Translations under genes and position numbers: made by a program
Source of the DNA: Epiperipatus broadwayi
Lineage: Eukaryota > Animalia > Onychophora
Direction: 5' to 3'
Assembly (NCBI GenBank): GCA_028023455.1
Contig: JAQFVV010000001.1
Location: forward strand, 12,710,001 to 12,774,000
Length of the DNA stretch: 64,000 nucleotides
Shown here: positions 26,934-40,213 of the stretch, piece by piece
Numbering within the stretch: position 1 is the stretch's first letter
How the letters are laid out: each line of letters begins with the position of its first letter
Notes under the pieces: model-generated
Databases searched by the model: none
Told to the model about the DNA's origin: nothing
What the model saw: the letters and a program-made list of their open reading frames with translations, nothing else

Positions 26934-28988
26934 TTTAAATTTTTTGATAATGTTGATTATAAAATTCTTATAACAAAACTTAAAAAAATTATACTCAAAT
27001 TAAAATTTGAGGATAATTTAAATGAATTTCTTCTTGTCTTAATAATCAGAAAATATATTTATATCAAAATAATGAATTTGAAGAATTGATTTTAAATTTA
27101 TTTATAGTGGACATAAAGGAATATATATATATTTCTAAATTACTATCTTATGCTGATATTATAAAGTCATTAAACGAAACACAACTCCATAATGAATTTA
27201 GTCAAAAAAAAGATGGATAGTTTTTTATAAATTGATGTAAAAAAATGATAAAAATTAATATAGATAAATGTGATTGAGTTTCTTAGATTGAAAATTCAAT
27301 TAGTAGGAGGAAGGAAATTATTGTATAAATAATATTTTAATACAATTTGCATTATAATGAAATTGTAAAAAGAGAATACAAATAGGACAAATATTAAGAA
27401 ACAGATAACACTTTTCTAGAATTACCAAAATGTATTAGTTTAAAATACGGGAACTACCAATTATTCATTGTGAATCTGAGATATAAAATAAAAATAATTT
27501 AATTACAACAAATTCTTTACAAAAATTATTTCATAAATTTATAAGAATTACCATTGAAAGTTAAAAGATTTTGTTTCCTATAGAACGTTTTATATAAAAT
27601 CATTTATCTGAGAGTATTATTCAAATTAAACAGAGAAATATAGTCAAAATTTTAAAAACAAAGCTATATTTCAACAAATAAAACATTATATATATATGAT
27701 TATTCGTCATTGCAAAGAATAGTAAAAGAATAAGATGATTTATGTAATGATAACAAAGAGTCAAATATTCTTTTAGTTGATAGGAGTACTGATTAATAAA
27801 ATTAAAATAATGGAATAATTATATTTAATGATTAATTTTTCGCTTGTAATGAAAATAACGTGTACATCGTATTATTATATTATAATCATTATTTATATAC
27901 TATTTGTAAATTTTATATATTTGGACTATGTGATAGTGTAAACTTACAAATATATATATATAGTAATTATATTATAATGACTATATTATAATTAAAGGGC
28001 TTGTACAAGCAAATTATATGGATGACTAATAAACTATTATTATTTAAACAATTTATTTTAAATCGAACCTTTTTGGTTAAATATATATATATTTCAATGG
28101 ATTTTTAAAAGTTATATTTTAAACAAATGCAAGCGCGTAATCCACTATTAACGTTAATTAATTATTTGCTTTACGTTATGTATAAAAAATTAAGATATAA
28201 ATGTGATATATATTTATAAGGGTTTATAAATATTGCTTTCCAAAAAAGAAACTGATTATAAAAGTTTTCTTTTACAGTTTATTTATTCAAATCTCACTTT
28301 AACTTTAGCCTACAGATGTCATTAATACAGGTGTTGTTTTTTTATTATTATCTTTTCAATCTCTCGGTCTCATTTTTTAAACCAGTCGTTCTGCATAATA
28401 GAATAATAATGAAATTGATTTAATAACTATTGGAACTTTTTACTGAAAGTCAAAAGAATAATAAATCTCGGTTTACAATTATACGGTGGTTTCTTTTGAT
28501 TGTTTTTTTTTTTTCTAATAAGTTTGCAATAAAAAAAAAACTTATACAATAATGTACAGATATAAAATATTGAACTGAGAATTTTTGTTTTACTACGTTA
28601 AGCATTATCATATAACATGAAAATCTCTTTATACACTACTTCACAATTACCACACTCTTGTACAATTTCTTTTAGATACAAATTTTAAAATACCATGAAC
28701 ATTATAGCATTTCAGTGCTTAGCTTTGTGAAACCTGCATCTTTGATGAGCAATAATAAATTAAAGAAGTTATATTTTAAGGTAAAATAATGTAAGATTTA
28801 TTATTAACAAGTAATAAATGAAGCAAAATAAAATTAATGGTTGAATAACATTATAACATAACAAATTATTCACTCTATTTGGAAATACATTACTTATATC
28901 AAAATATCAGGTTTAATCTTATTTTATAATTAATTTGAGATGAGCAAGTTTTAAAGCTAGTTTTAATCATACAAATCCCACCAATATT

Positions 28989-29072
28989 AAACAAAGCAAA
29001 GCAAAACTCCATATAGTAGTGCCACCTGTGCTAAACAGAGTAATCAATGGATCATGTGATGTTTGCTGGTTT
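28989..29072. mobile_element. Family A miniature head-to-head insertion
   Basis: GCAAAACTCCATA...TAATCAATGGAT is joined via GAT to GATCATGTGATGTTTGCTGGTTT. Flank repeat AAATCC(CAC)CAATATT. Confidence 0.7.
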
Positions 29073-29104
29073 AAATCCCAATATTGTTACTATTTCTAAT
29101 ATAT

Positions 29105-29282
29105 TGAATCACTAAGCATCACATGATCACAATTTCCTATTCTTACACCAGCTGTTCAAACTGAGGCAAAACTCTCCATACAATGATGCCACCCATAACA
29201 AGTCAGAATAATCAATGAATGTATTCATTGATTATTCTGGCTTGAAGTGGGTGGCTCTACTATATGGAGTGTTTTACCTCTG
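29105..29282. mobile_element. Family A fold-back insertion (~58-bp arms)
   Basis: GAGGCAAAACTCTCCATA...AATCAATGAAT mirrors ATTCATTGATT...TATGGAGTGTTTTACCTC. Flanks TATTTCTAATATAT and TATTTCTGTTATAT. Confidence 0.75.
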
Positions 29283-30674
29283 TATTTCTGTTATATACTA
29301 TAAATATAATATAATTCATAGAACGACTCATAAATTATTCGAACAATTGTTATAATTGACAAATTCTAATATCCCCCCTTCCTTTTTAATTGCAGTGATT
29401 CTTAATACATTTCAATATATATAAAATTATCAAACAAAATCTCAAAATAATAAAGATATCAATAAAATAAATACTGCAGAAATTAATAATGGTGATAATA
29501 AAGCAAAACGCCAAAGTTTTTTAAAAAAAAAAACAAAAACTTATGTCCATTTTAATAAAGTTGAACGGACTCGCAATCTCATTATTCAGAAATTTTTATT
29601 TTTCCTTTCTTTATATGGATTATAACAGATAAAAATATACAGTTCTTAATGGTTGATGATTTTTCTTTTATTTTTCTCATATTGCTGACGATTATTTTCA
29701 GATTAAGAAATGTATCGACTAGAAGATTTTACAAATACCATTGTTGACTGATTCAAAGAGAAGTGTTGGTTTAACTTCTCATATTTGTAGATGTTCCGTT
29801 AAAGAAAGTCTAGATATAATTAATGGTAGTCAGGATAATCACATAAATCAGTTTTAATTCGGAGGTTTTAAAAAAAAAAAATTACATGTCTATTTTTCTA
29901 TTGTAATGGAAAAACACTTCTATCTCTTTCTGCTGAGGTCAATAATCTGTCTATTCTCTCTGTTTGTCTAAGTTTGTCTTTCTGAATTGAAATTTCAAAC
30001 TTACTTATAACAGTTAATTTAGCATCATTTTGAAATAATTTATAAAGAATATTCATCTTACTGAAACTTTCAAAAACAAATAATTAATTCAGCATTTTAA
30101 GCTTGATTTCAATAATAATTTGATCATGAATAATTAACGTTTGAAACATTAATTAAAGATCCAATGTAATCATAGAGATTCAGCCTGATAAGTGATGTAA
30201 TGACATCACAATAGTAAGAAATTAAATTAATCAGTTTGACTCGCTTCACTAAAATAATTTTTTTTTTTTCAAAGTTTAAGTTTATTTGTGAAAATTGGGG
30301 GTTAGATTCTGAACTTTCTAATATTCTAATTCAGTCAATTATGTGAACAAACAGGGATTTTTTTTCTTAAAAGATAACTGATTTAGGAGTCTTTAATTTT
30401 GGAATCTGTCATTTTCATTATTATATTCAATAGTCCTGTGTTGTTTAATACAGTAAGGATTTAAGAGGTAAAACCCCCATGATCAATTTTCTGCCAAAAC
30501 TTTTCAAGTTACAGATCATCCTATTTACTTGATAAAAATTATTCAGAGTAATATATTACTAAAAGTTACCTAAGAATTGTAATATCTATAGATTTTAATA
30601 TAAGCAAGCTCAAATAAGCAAAAATTTTGAATTACTTATTTAATTGTAATAATGCTATATCATTAATAATAGTA

Positions 30675-31802
30675 CAGCCGGGTCTCGTTTTACGCAGATT
30701 TATTTAACGCGATTTTGAAGTTATGCAATTCATGTTCTTCTTAATATTTTTGTATGCAGTTTTCCTTTATGCATTAACACAGTATTAGATCAGAAGTCGA
30801 ACTCCAATAATGCGCTATTACTTTAAATAATAAATTTTGCACACTTATGTCATATTTAAAGTAATAGCACATTATTGGAATTCGATTTTCATTTTAATAA
30901 TTTCAATATTTTCAGTGCTTTATAATAGTAAGATTTTATGCAATAATGAAATTAAAATAATGATTTCCACATTTTATGTACACACATTAAATTTTACAAG
31001 ATTATAATGTAAATTTGTTCAAACATTGTGCGTGTTAATTTTGCATTTTAAATCACATTCTGTTTTGGCTTTTTAAAAAAGAACGTAATCAATTATTAAT
31101 CATTTAGTGTCCGCAAGTTTATTTTTAAAAGGTGAGTAATAGCAGTGGCACAATTAAATTTGACAATTAAAAATTAAAATCTGATTTTTAATTGTAATTA
31201 ACAATTTAAAAATTACATAAGGCAACCTGAAATTAATGTGATGTGAAACGAAATTTGATTTTTAAACATAATTGAAAATTAAAACATTAAAGACAAAAAT
31301 AAGAATTTAATTTTTAGTTGTTAGATTAATTACTAATTACGTTGTCACCAGAAAACCATTAACACAACATGAGAGTGAAGTTGGTGCTAGTTGTATTTCC
31401 TCTTGTGAAGAATCTGATTTTTTACCAGTTTGCAAACGAACCTGTTTATCGGCAAATAGCGATAATAATTAAAATGTGTATAAAAAAATGTAAATTACTG
31501 TAAATTATGCATAAAAATATATTGTTTTGAATAAAATTAAATATTATAGTTAAAAAAAGTTTGTCTTGTATCAATTTTTTTCAAATTTGAAAATTTTTAT
31601 TAGTCATATTTTATTTCCTTATTTTTTTTTTTTTGCACGAATTTTAAAGTAATTTTACGTTGGTGCTTTGCTTTTATGCGATTTTTGAAAAATCACAGTC
31701 CGTATCCCCCATTTTCAAGGTAAGTTACATCTATTTTTGTGCGATTTCTTTTGTGCGTGTTTTCTGAGGAACCTATCTACCGCGTAAAACGAGACCCAGG
31801 TG
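30675..31802. mobile_element. Non-autonomous pogo/Tigger-like (Tc1/mariner superfamily) DNA transposon
   Basis: TIRs CAGCCGGGTCTCGTTTTACGC and GCGTAAAACGAGACCCAGGTG, with TA on both sides (30673-74 and 31803-04). No intact transposase ORF. Confidence 0.85.
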
Positions 31803-31967
31803 TAATCTCTTTCTAAAAAAGTCACATAAATCTTAATAAATGAATATCTGGAAAAACAAACCACATTTTAACAAAATATTAATATGATTAACTTACTATA
31901 AAACATTTTGTCAAAAAAATATATATATAAAGAAAAAATATATATAACTTTTTACACAAAGTCTTAC

Positions 31968-32127
31968 CAATAAATTCATTTCGGACTCGTATTCGGTCTT
32001 TAAGCTTAGCGGTTGAGTTGATGATAGAATTAACAAAGGCCAGAAGAGCAGTTGTGTAGTCTGAAGTGGTGGAGTGTTTCAATTCTTCAACGAGCACTTT
32101 ATAGATGTAACGTTCTGACTTGGCTTC
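31968..32127 (-). CDS. INF2: Internal exon of an INF2/form3/mwh-like formin (FH3/DID region); exact paralog uncertain
   Basis: Acceptor TTTAAAATAG| and donor |GTAAGA bound a 160-nt exon (phase 0 to phase 1). It encodes EAKSERYIYKVLVEELKHSTTSDYTTALLAFVNSIINSTAKLKDRIRVRNEFI(G), matching the FH3 motif 'L.F(I/V)N..I......R...RNEFIG'. Confidence 0.85.
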
Positions 32128-33330
32128 CTATTTTAAACAAATTATATGGGCATTTAGTTTTTAAAAATTTGATATTATATATATAAGCAAACACAATTAC
32201 ATCTCTACACAGTCGCTTTAATAATTCAATCAGAAAACTGATGTTGTTTTTTTAAACTGTAATTTCAGTTGGAAACCAGTCTTCTGATGAAATATTAAAA
32301 CGATTGGTTAGAGAAATGTGTTTGTTTTTATTTTTACTTATTTATATATTTCCTTTAGTTAGTTAATATAGTTATTATTTTCATGTAAATATACTTTCTG
32401 CTTAAGGCACTAGAATCATAAAATATTTTATATATTCTACTGATTATATTATTATCAGTTCAATTTATTTTTAGAAAATGAGAAAACTTAGTAAATATCT
32501 AGAATAGTACAATAATATATGAAATTATATTAATAAAATATATAGACTTGTGTGTATATTTTAAATCATCAGCTTAAAAGTAAACTGAGATAAAGAAGTA
32601 AAAAAATATATACCATTGCCATGCAATAACACGATAACACTTATTCATAATCGGTGGTCATTTGATATTTGTTATTCTTTTAATAATATTTATTCTATTA
32701 TATCAATATTTATTTCCTGCCGTTCAAGAGAATTTTTTTTAGTAACTAAGAAGCTGTTAACCTTTATTATGATTGATATAACTGATTTTCGGGAGAAATT
32801 TATCTTCAAGAGGAACTAATTTTAACAATATAGCTAGATAGCGATATTAAGTTTTTTGAAAGCGCAGATTAATCAGATAAAGGATACCGCATGGTGTTGA
32901 TTTGCTGTAAAGCCTAATGTAGGATTTTTAATTTTGGAGTTTTTACAATGGATCAGTAAAAGGCTAATGATATTAAAATTTAGCTTGCGCAATGGTAACC
33001 TACACCATTTCATTATTGTATATGTTTTTACATTAGATTTAGAAAATTCAGATAAAAACAACTTTCATTCCAGCTAAATAGCATTATTACAACAATACTT
33101 TAAAAAAAATAATTTTTTTTTTGAAAACTTTAATGCAAAGTTGGTGAAAACAGTAAACTTTGATCAAAAGTTTTAAAAAAAATAGTAATATTGGCGCTGT
33201 AAACTTAAATGCACTTTTGTCATTGAATTTTACCCAAGCATCCCAAGCATTTTATTTAAGCAGGAAAATCTTTATAAAGAAATATGAATGCATTAATGTT
33301 CAAATAATGACATCTAATAAATTACATTAT

Positions 33331-33409
33331 GCCACTAAACATCACATGGTCACCATTCTTTATGCTTATACAAGCTGGCGCTACTGTATGGAGATTTTTA
33401 CCTCTGTAC
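33331..33409. mobile_element. Family A 79-bp head-to-head mini-insertion
   Basis: GCCACTAAACATCACATGG...CAAGCTG is joined to GGCGCTACTGTATGGAGATTTTTACCTCTG. TSD AAATTACATTAT / AAATTCCATTAT. Confidence 0.75.
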
Positions 33410-35012
33410 AAATTCCATTATAGCTAGGAGCTAGAATAAAAGAGTATGTTTCTATCACAGGAGTAATTAACAAATGCAGATTGTAATTTTTAGATTGTAG
33501 GACAGATCGTAGATTAGTAGACTCCAAGGTTTAAATAATTGCAATTTTAAAATAAGTTTTAATATAATTCTGCTCATAAAAAACAATATTTAATCTTTAA
33601 AGACACTATTTGCACTAAATTTCAACAGCTACTAAACATTAAAAGTGCTAATTTGAACTTTCAGGATTATCATACTACTGAGATAAGAAATTATCTTAAG
33701 CACTATATTGTGGATATAAGTAAACATATTCTTGGGTTTGACAAAAAAAAAAGAACTATCATTAGTAACTTGATTAAAAGAAAAGTGACATTTTTTGCTT
33801 CACAGGATGATAAATTGAATGTGGAACATCATAAGCAATATAAAAACTTAAAGACCCCCCCCCTCCCACTGAAGTTCAACGACTGATAAAAGTATTTAAA
33901 AATAATAACTGCAAAGAAAAAAAGCATAGCTGTTTGTGGTTATTTCAGTTTTTTTTTTTTGATGCATTGAAATTAACATAAACTTAGAAAACATAATCCT
34001 ATTAAATTCATTGATAGCATTCTATTATATGATGACAATAATATTTTAAATAAGTGGAGGAAATATTTTGATCAAAATTTGAATAAAGGTATAAGGTTTT
34101 AAATGATGGTTTTTAACGATCATATCCATTCTATCTACTCATTCACATTTGGACAAAGTTATCCAGCTTAATGAGGTTTAAACCTTTCTTTATAAACTTA
34201 AAAATCAAAAACTTGCAGGTCTTGATGAAATATTTGAACAAAGTTTTAAAATATAGTTATAATATATTAGCTTCAAAAATATTGAAATTTTTTAGGAGTA
34301 TAGGACTCCTAAATTTAAATTGTCTGAACTTAAGAATGCCACTATTGTTCTAATTTTTGCAGTAATTTTCAAGAAGTATCATTGTTATCCACTATAGCAA
34401 AAGTGTTTTCATGAATTTCATTGAATAGGTTGCTTGTAGTCATAGATGAATGGTTATCAAAGAACAACATAGTTTTAGAAAATCAAAAAGCATTACAGAT
34501 ATAGTTTTTGTTGCCAGGTAATTGCAATAAAATTGTTGGAAACAATAAAATCATTTATATTTTGATTTTATTGGTTTGGATAAGATATTTTAGTCAATTG
34601 AACAGGTATGTGACACTATTTAAATTAATTAGTTGTCCTTCTTGTACAACTTCTGCATAGCAAAGTGAAAGTAAACATTAAAATTGTTTTTAAACAAGTT
34701 TTTGACTTTTCATGATTCGCCTTTGAAACTATTTATAGATGACTCCAAAACAGAAATCAAGATGTGATACAGATTTGAGATGGAATTTTCAATTTGAATT
34801 TATTTATAGCAAAAACACAACCTTTTTCATTCTTGATTTACTGTAAGCTAATGGTTTATCCTTGCCAATTTAAAAGATGATTAGTAAAATATACTTAATG
34901 TTTTTAATGTAGCACATAAAGAATTTAATATAATAATTAATGTCCATTATAGATTTATCACAAATGCCTTGAAATTTTTTAGCTTAAATATGTTCCACAA
35001 AGATTAAAAATT

Positions 35013-35241
35013 AAACCACTACACATCTCATAATCACCATTCTTTATGCTTACACAAGCTGTTTACACAGAGGCACAACTCTCCATACAGCAGTGCCACT
35101 TAGTGCAAACCAGAGTAATCAATGGATGCAGGAAGATTTTGTGCATAGGGATTTTATGCACAAAACTTTTCTGCATTCATTGATTACTCAGGCTTGCACT
35201 GAGTGGTACTATTGTATGGAGAGTTTTGCCTCCGTGTAAGT
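35013..35241. mobile_element. Family A fold-back insertion (~83-bp arms)
   Basis: 35064-35146 mirrors 35154-35237 around a GGGATTT loop. Possible 9-bp TSD TTAAAAATT at 35004-35012 and 35242-35250. Confidence 0.85.
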
Positions 35242-35739
35242 TTAAAAATTCATGATAAGATCATAAAACCAATCAATATGTTTTTTTACATAATGAATAT
35301 AATACCACAGAGTCTACTATTGTAAAGTCACATCTTTGTTGGATTGGACATGTGAAATTAATGAACGATACAGATTTGCTTAAAAAGGTATTTTTGATGC
35401 TTCAGCAAACAATACAGACGTTTTACAAAAGTATTTTAAGTTAAACAAGTGTTTTATGTTGGAAAGGCAGATCCTGTTTATGTTACAAAAGTTATCCCAA
35501 AGATTTTCTAATAATGTACAATATTAATTGCTTTCATCAAGAAGTGATGATTGAGAATGAAACGCAATGGAGAATTATAATGAGAAGAAATATTGCTGAC
35601 TTTCAGATAAAAAAAAAAAAGTGCTGCAGAAAAATTTAAAAAACAGCAATTCAAAATATCAAATGAACCTGAGTAATGGATCAGTTTGTTCTAAATGCAA
35701 ACATTTATAGTTCAAGAATTGGTCTGCATAGCTATAGAG

Positions 35740-36203
35740 CAGGGGTGGGCGGCCCGCTAAGAGTTTTTATGCTGCCCACCAAGACAAGAAAAAAAATCCC
35801 CCTTGAACTGAGATTTCCTTCCCATGCGCGACCGAAGATTCGTCTCGTGTTTTCCACTAGGACAGCCACATCAATACACATGTGCAGTGTAGCTACGATG
35901 CGCAGTGCTTTTCCAGTTGATATGATTAATTTTAATTTTGTCTTTGCAACAGTAAATATAGTGAAACCATAAACCCTCCGAAAAAACGTAAAATCAGTGA
36001 TGAATGTCGTGTGTTTAATGAAGAATGGACAAACAAATATTTCTTTGGTAATACAGGGAATAAAGCAGTGTGTTTATTGTGTCATGAAAAAAGGCGCAGC
36101 TCTCCGCTAACCTACGCTTTCACAAAGTGGCCCCGATGCTGCCCTCTGATAATCTCTGTTTCCACAAAGTGGCCCCCCGAACCAAAGCAATTGCCGACCC
36201 CTG
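35740..36203 (+). mobile_element. hAT (Charlie/SPIN-like) internal-deletion derivative
   Basis: TIRs CAGGGGTGGGC and GCCGACCCCTG, with a perfect 8-bp TSD CTATAGAG. Retains the transposase N-terminus PKKRKISDECRVFNEEWTNKYFF..NKAVCLLCHE (start of a BED finger). Confidence 0.9.
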
Positions 36204-37791
36204 CTATAGAGCACACGTTTCTAGTTTATCATTATTGGTCTTTTTATCGTTTTCTCTCTCTCTCTCTCTTCTTGAAGTTGTAAATAATTATAGCGTTTGG
36301 AGTGATCACTATTAATTTTTGTCTTTTATATATTAAAATAAATTCTTAACCTATGAAAAATGTTAAGATCAAAATTAATTTTAATATTATATAAACTTAT
36401 AAAATAAGTGAGAGCTAATACACGCCAAAATGTTTTCACTCGCATGCATGTTCGTGCAGATAGATATACAAGTAGATGTATGTTTTTGTTGAAGAAAAAG
36501 TTTTGGCTTATAGACTACTAGATTATATATGTGTGTGTGTTAGTAAACGAAAATTTAAGATGCATTATCTAATTTTATGTTTTTAGCAATGTATTATCAA
36601 TTTTTGAACTTTAAGGACGTATATAAATATACAAATTACCTTCCTTAAAATAAGTAAATAAATAAACTAACAAAAAGAAGCAAACAAGTGCTTTTCCTTT
36701 TTTGCCGTAAAGAATTCATAACTTTATTTATAGAAAACAAAATATTCTTTCAAGGCAAGTTTACCTTCTGCACTGGAAACAGGCCAGTGGGTCAATGTGA
36801 ATAGCTACTCGTAAAATTAAAGTGGGCGTGCTCATATATCGAGAAGTCAAGTTTGACAGCAGTAAAAATAAAATTATATAAAATCATATTGAAATAAATA
36901 GTAGACAATTTACTGATTAATTTAACATTTACGAAGTTTAAATATTTGAAATATTTTATATATTCAAAAAGTGACTCTTAAATGAAGTACTTATAAGTAT
37001 AGAATATTTAAAGTATTAATTACAAATATAAAATTTAATATATAGTATAGATTTAAATGGGAGTAGTTCCATTTATATATAATATTTTTCTAAAATCTAT
37101 ATTCAGCTAGCCACAAATTTGAATTCGCATACATATATATATAGTTTTATTGTATTAGATTCGATATATCAAAAATATCTAATCACTAAAGGAAACATTT
37201 ACTTTGATTTAATCGTCAACAAATATTCAATACACATTTTTAATTATTCCATAGCAATACGTATAGCACATTATAATTAATTCTATAAATTCATTTTATA
37301 TAATAATAGTAATAATAATATTTCATAACTTGCCAAAGAAAATAAAAATCGTCGTAATATATATTAACATATTTATTAATATATCTTTTAGTTTTAATAC
37401 CAGAAGAATTATTTAAAGTATAAATGTATTACAGATGTCTTTGAGCAAGATATAATTAAAGTAACAACAAAAAAATCCAAATTTTAGCCAATAAAATATA
37501 ATAGAGCTATACCTTATAAACAATTAGAATTTTTCCAAAAGGAAGTCAAACATTAATTGGCAAAAGCAGTAAATTATTAATTTTTTTTTTTCTACTTGAT
37601 GATAATTTTATTTTTAAACTTCAGACATCATCTCTGGACTATTATATTACTTAAGTAAAATTCAACTACGGATTATCTTTTCTTTTTTCAAATTTGATAA
37701 TGAACAGATTAAAAGCTACCACAATTATTATGGCAGTCCAATCCCCCCAACAATTTATGCACTATGGTGGAGCCTTCGTCATAGTTTTGAT

Positions 37792-37880
37792 CATGGGTCT
37801 TCAACTCGCGACCCAGGATGGCTATGAATGTGACCCGAAACAAAATCATAAACTTATTTAAACAGTATTATCAGGAAAAA
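37792..37880 (+). mobile_element. Possible 5' fragment of a hAT MITE
   Basis: CATGGGTCTTCAACTCGCGACCC...AATGTGACCCGAAACAAAATCATAAACTTA resembles Charlie-type ends from memory. No partner TIR was found. Confidence 0.35.
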
Positions 37881-38264
37881 TATATTTAAAAAAATTTAAC
37901 TTTAATTAATGATGTGACTAAAATAAACGTACGTATGCTTTTAAATACAATGCCAATTATCCCACTACTTTTATGTGGCTATGTTTTCTTTTATGGTAGT
38001 GACGTTTTATTACTTAGATAAATACATTTTTTAAAAGACTTTTTGAATAGGATTCTTAGAATAATAATTTGAAGACTTTTTTGTTATCTGTGGCGATAGC
38101 TATCACGAAAATTAGAATCATTTTTTTTTTTTGCTTATCAGCTTTTAATAATGTTTGTATATATAACGTGTTATTAAAGACACTCTTCTTTTTTCCAATG
38201 TGGACGAGTGACGCCAAGGATTGCCTATAAATATTGTAAAAATTACTATATTCTTTTGCAGTAG

Positions 38265-38577
38265 AAGGCGTTCTTGTTGAAAGGAAAACAGAAAGGGCAC
38301 ATATAATGAAGTTATGGGAAAATAAATATGAAAAAAAATGATTATACAGAAAGTAGATTATTGGTTTTTATGCTGGGTTTGGAAAAGGATAAGGGGGATT
38401 TAGATATAAAGGCTGTAGAGTTGACAAAGATTATGTTGTGGAAATGGGATGGAGCAGAATACGGGAAAAAGTAGACTGGGGAATGTAAAATTAAGTAGCT
38501 AACAAGTTTTTCTTGTTATAATTGCTGAGAGATTCTTGACTTCGTTTAAGGAGTAGCTACAGTACATCACATCACAT
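38265..38577 (+). mobile_element. 3' fragment of the CCHC-finger LINE family (same as 48519-50237)
   Basis: Aligns with ~49960-50237 and ends in the same CATCACATCACAT tail. Confidence 0.85.
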
Positions 38578-39948
38578 AATATTACTACTAAAAGAATGTT
38601 CATAATGAGCTACAAGTAAAATCAAATCGCCTGTTTTTCTTCAAAATTATGAAATGCTAATTAAAACATGTATATATAAAACCGAATTAATAAGTTTTCC
38701 AAATTAGTAATCAAAAGCTAACTTTTAATCCCCAAAGAAAAAATATTTTTAATAGCCTCGTTTGGCATTTCTAGTTTTAATATTTTTAAGATTTTCATGA
38801 ATAAAATTTTGTATCCATGGGTGTAGCTAATTGCTAGTTTATTAATATCGATATTAAGTATATATAAATTAAAATTTTAAAAAAGTAGTTAATCTACCAG
38901 TATTTATTTACTTTAATACAAATATCATCTATTAGTTACTTAGATAAATACGGTAGTTATTGTGATTGTATTTTTAGTCTGAATTAAAATTTTCAGTCTA
39001 TTTTTCCTTCTTTTGTAGCATTAAACATTGTTTGATTAGAAGAACATTGTTCTTGTTTTGTTTTTGTCTTGTTTTTTTTTAAAAAAAAGTTAACCACATA
39101 GAGGGAAAAAATAATTATTGTAAATAGAAATCATTCTTTATTTGCAGGTACTGTAGGTTTTTTTTAATGCGGTATATAGAAAAAATAAATAACATAAGAC
39201 TTCAAAGTAAGTTTATACTTTTAAAATTATTATTATTATAACTTCTTTTTAAAAATAATTCCAGTACGGTAGGAAATTTGATTTCTCTAACAGTTTTAAC
39301 AATACTATATGTAAGTTTTTCTTATTTATAAGACAACCCCCGGCATTCCTTTTTCCAATTTCATTATTTAGGGTACTGGAGATGAATTTAAAACAGTTTC
39401 AAAAGCATGAGGTCTGCTTCAAATGCAACTTTATTGTATCTTTTTTTTAAGGCTGAATTTCAATAAAATTTCGTACGGTTCATTACCAATAACAAATTAA
39501 AGTTTTAAGCAACTTGCTTATTTATCTTTTTTTTTTTTTGTAAACACAAATAAAAACGCGGAGCTTATTAATAATATGTTATAACTATCAATTATGAAAT
39601 TCTTAAATAAAATAAGTTAAGTACTGTATATATTTGACAGCGACTATATAAAAAAAATAATTGTTATTTTTATATTAGACTTATTTTTGTATACAATCAA
39701 TTACTTTTCTAAATTATGTTGATACTAAGACTAAACGGCGGTTTCATTTTTTTTTTTTTAACTTTTTCCACCAGTTTTATTGTTATCACTAATTAAAGAA
39801 TACCATAATTTTTACCTTAGCAAAATATTTTCCAACCCTTTTATTATTATTATTAATTGTTGTGAAGTTTTCAAATCAAAGACCGATCAAGTTATAAGAC
39901 TAAGTGAAAATATTGAATTTTTTATTTCTTATTGCAGAGCCAAATCCA

Positions 39949-40213
39949 TATAACATTAAATCATCTATGTTCTTTATTTACTGTTTACAATGCTATTTTT
40001 ACAACTCACTATTGACAGTTTCGATTGTCCCAGCAATATTCTTCAGAACTATAACAAACACAATACAAATATGCAAAAAAAAACAAAAACAAAAAAAAAC
40101 ACAATACAAATATACATGAACATCATTGCTGGGGCAATAGAAACTGGCAATAGTGAATTGTAAAAAAGCATTGTAAACAGTTATAAAGAACATAGATGAT
40201 TTAATATTATATA
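39949..40213. mobile_element. Family C head-to-head inverted repeat with HHR-like core
   Basis: ~100-bp arms at 39949-40046 and 40105-40213. The minus arm reads CTGAAGA-AT-ATTG-CTGGGA-CAAT-C-GAAA-C-T-GTC. The spacer holds an A-rich tract flanked by a 16-bp repeat, AACACAATACAAATAT. Confidence 0.6.

Noticed and set aside
24200-27800. A-rich coding-like stretches as Polinton, Helitron or viral relics
   Set aside because: No diagnostic motifs; strand-biased composition alone is insufficient.
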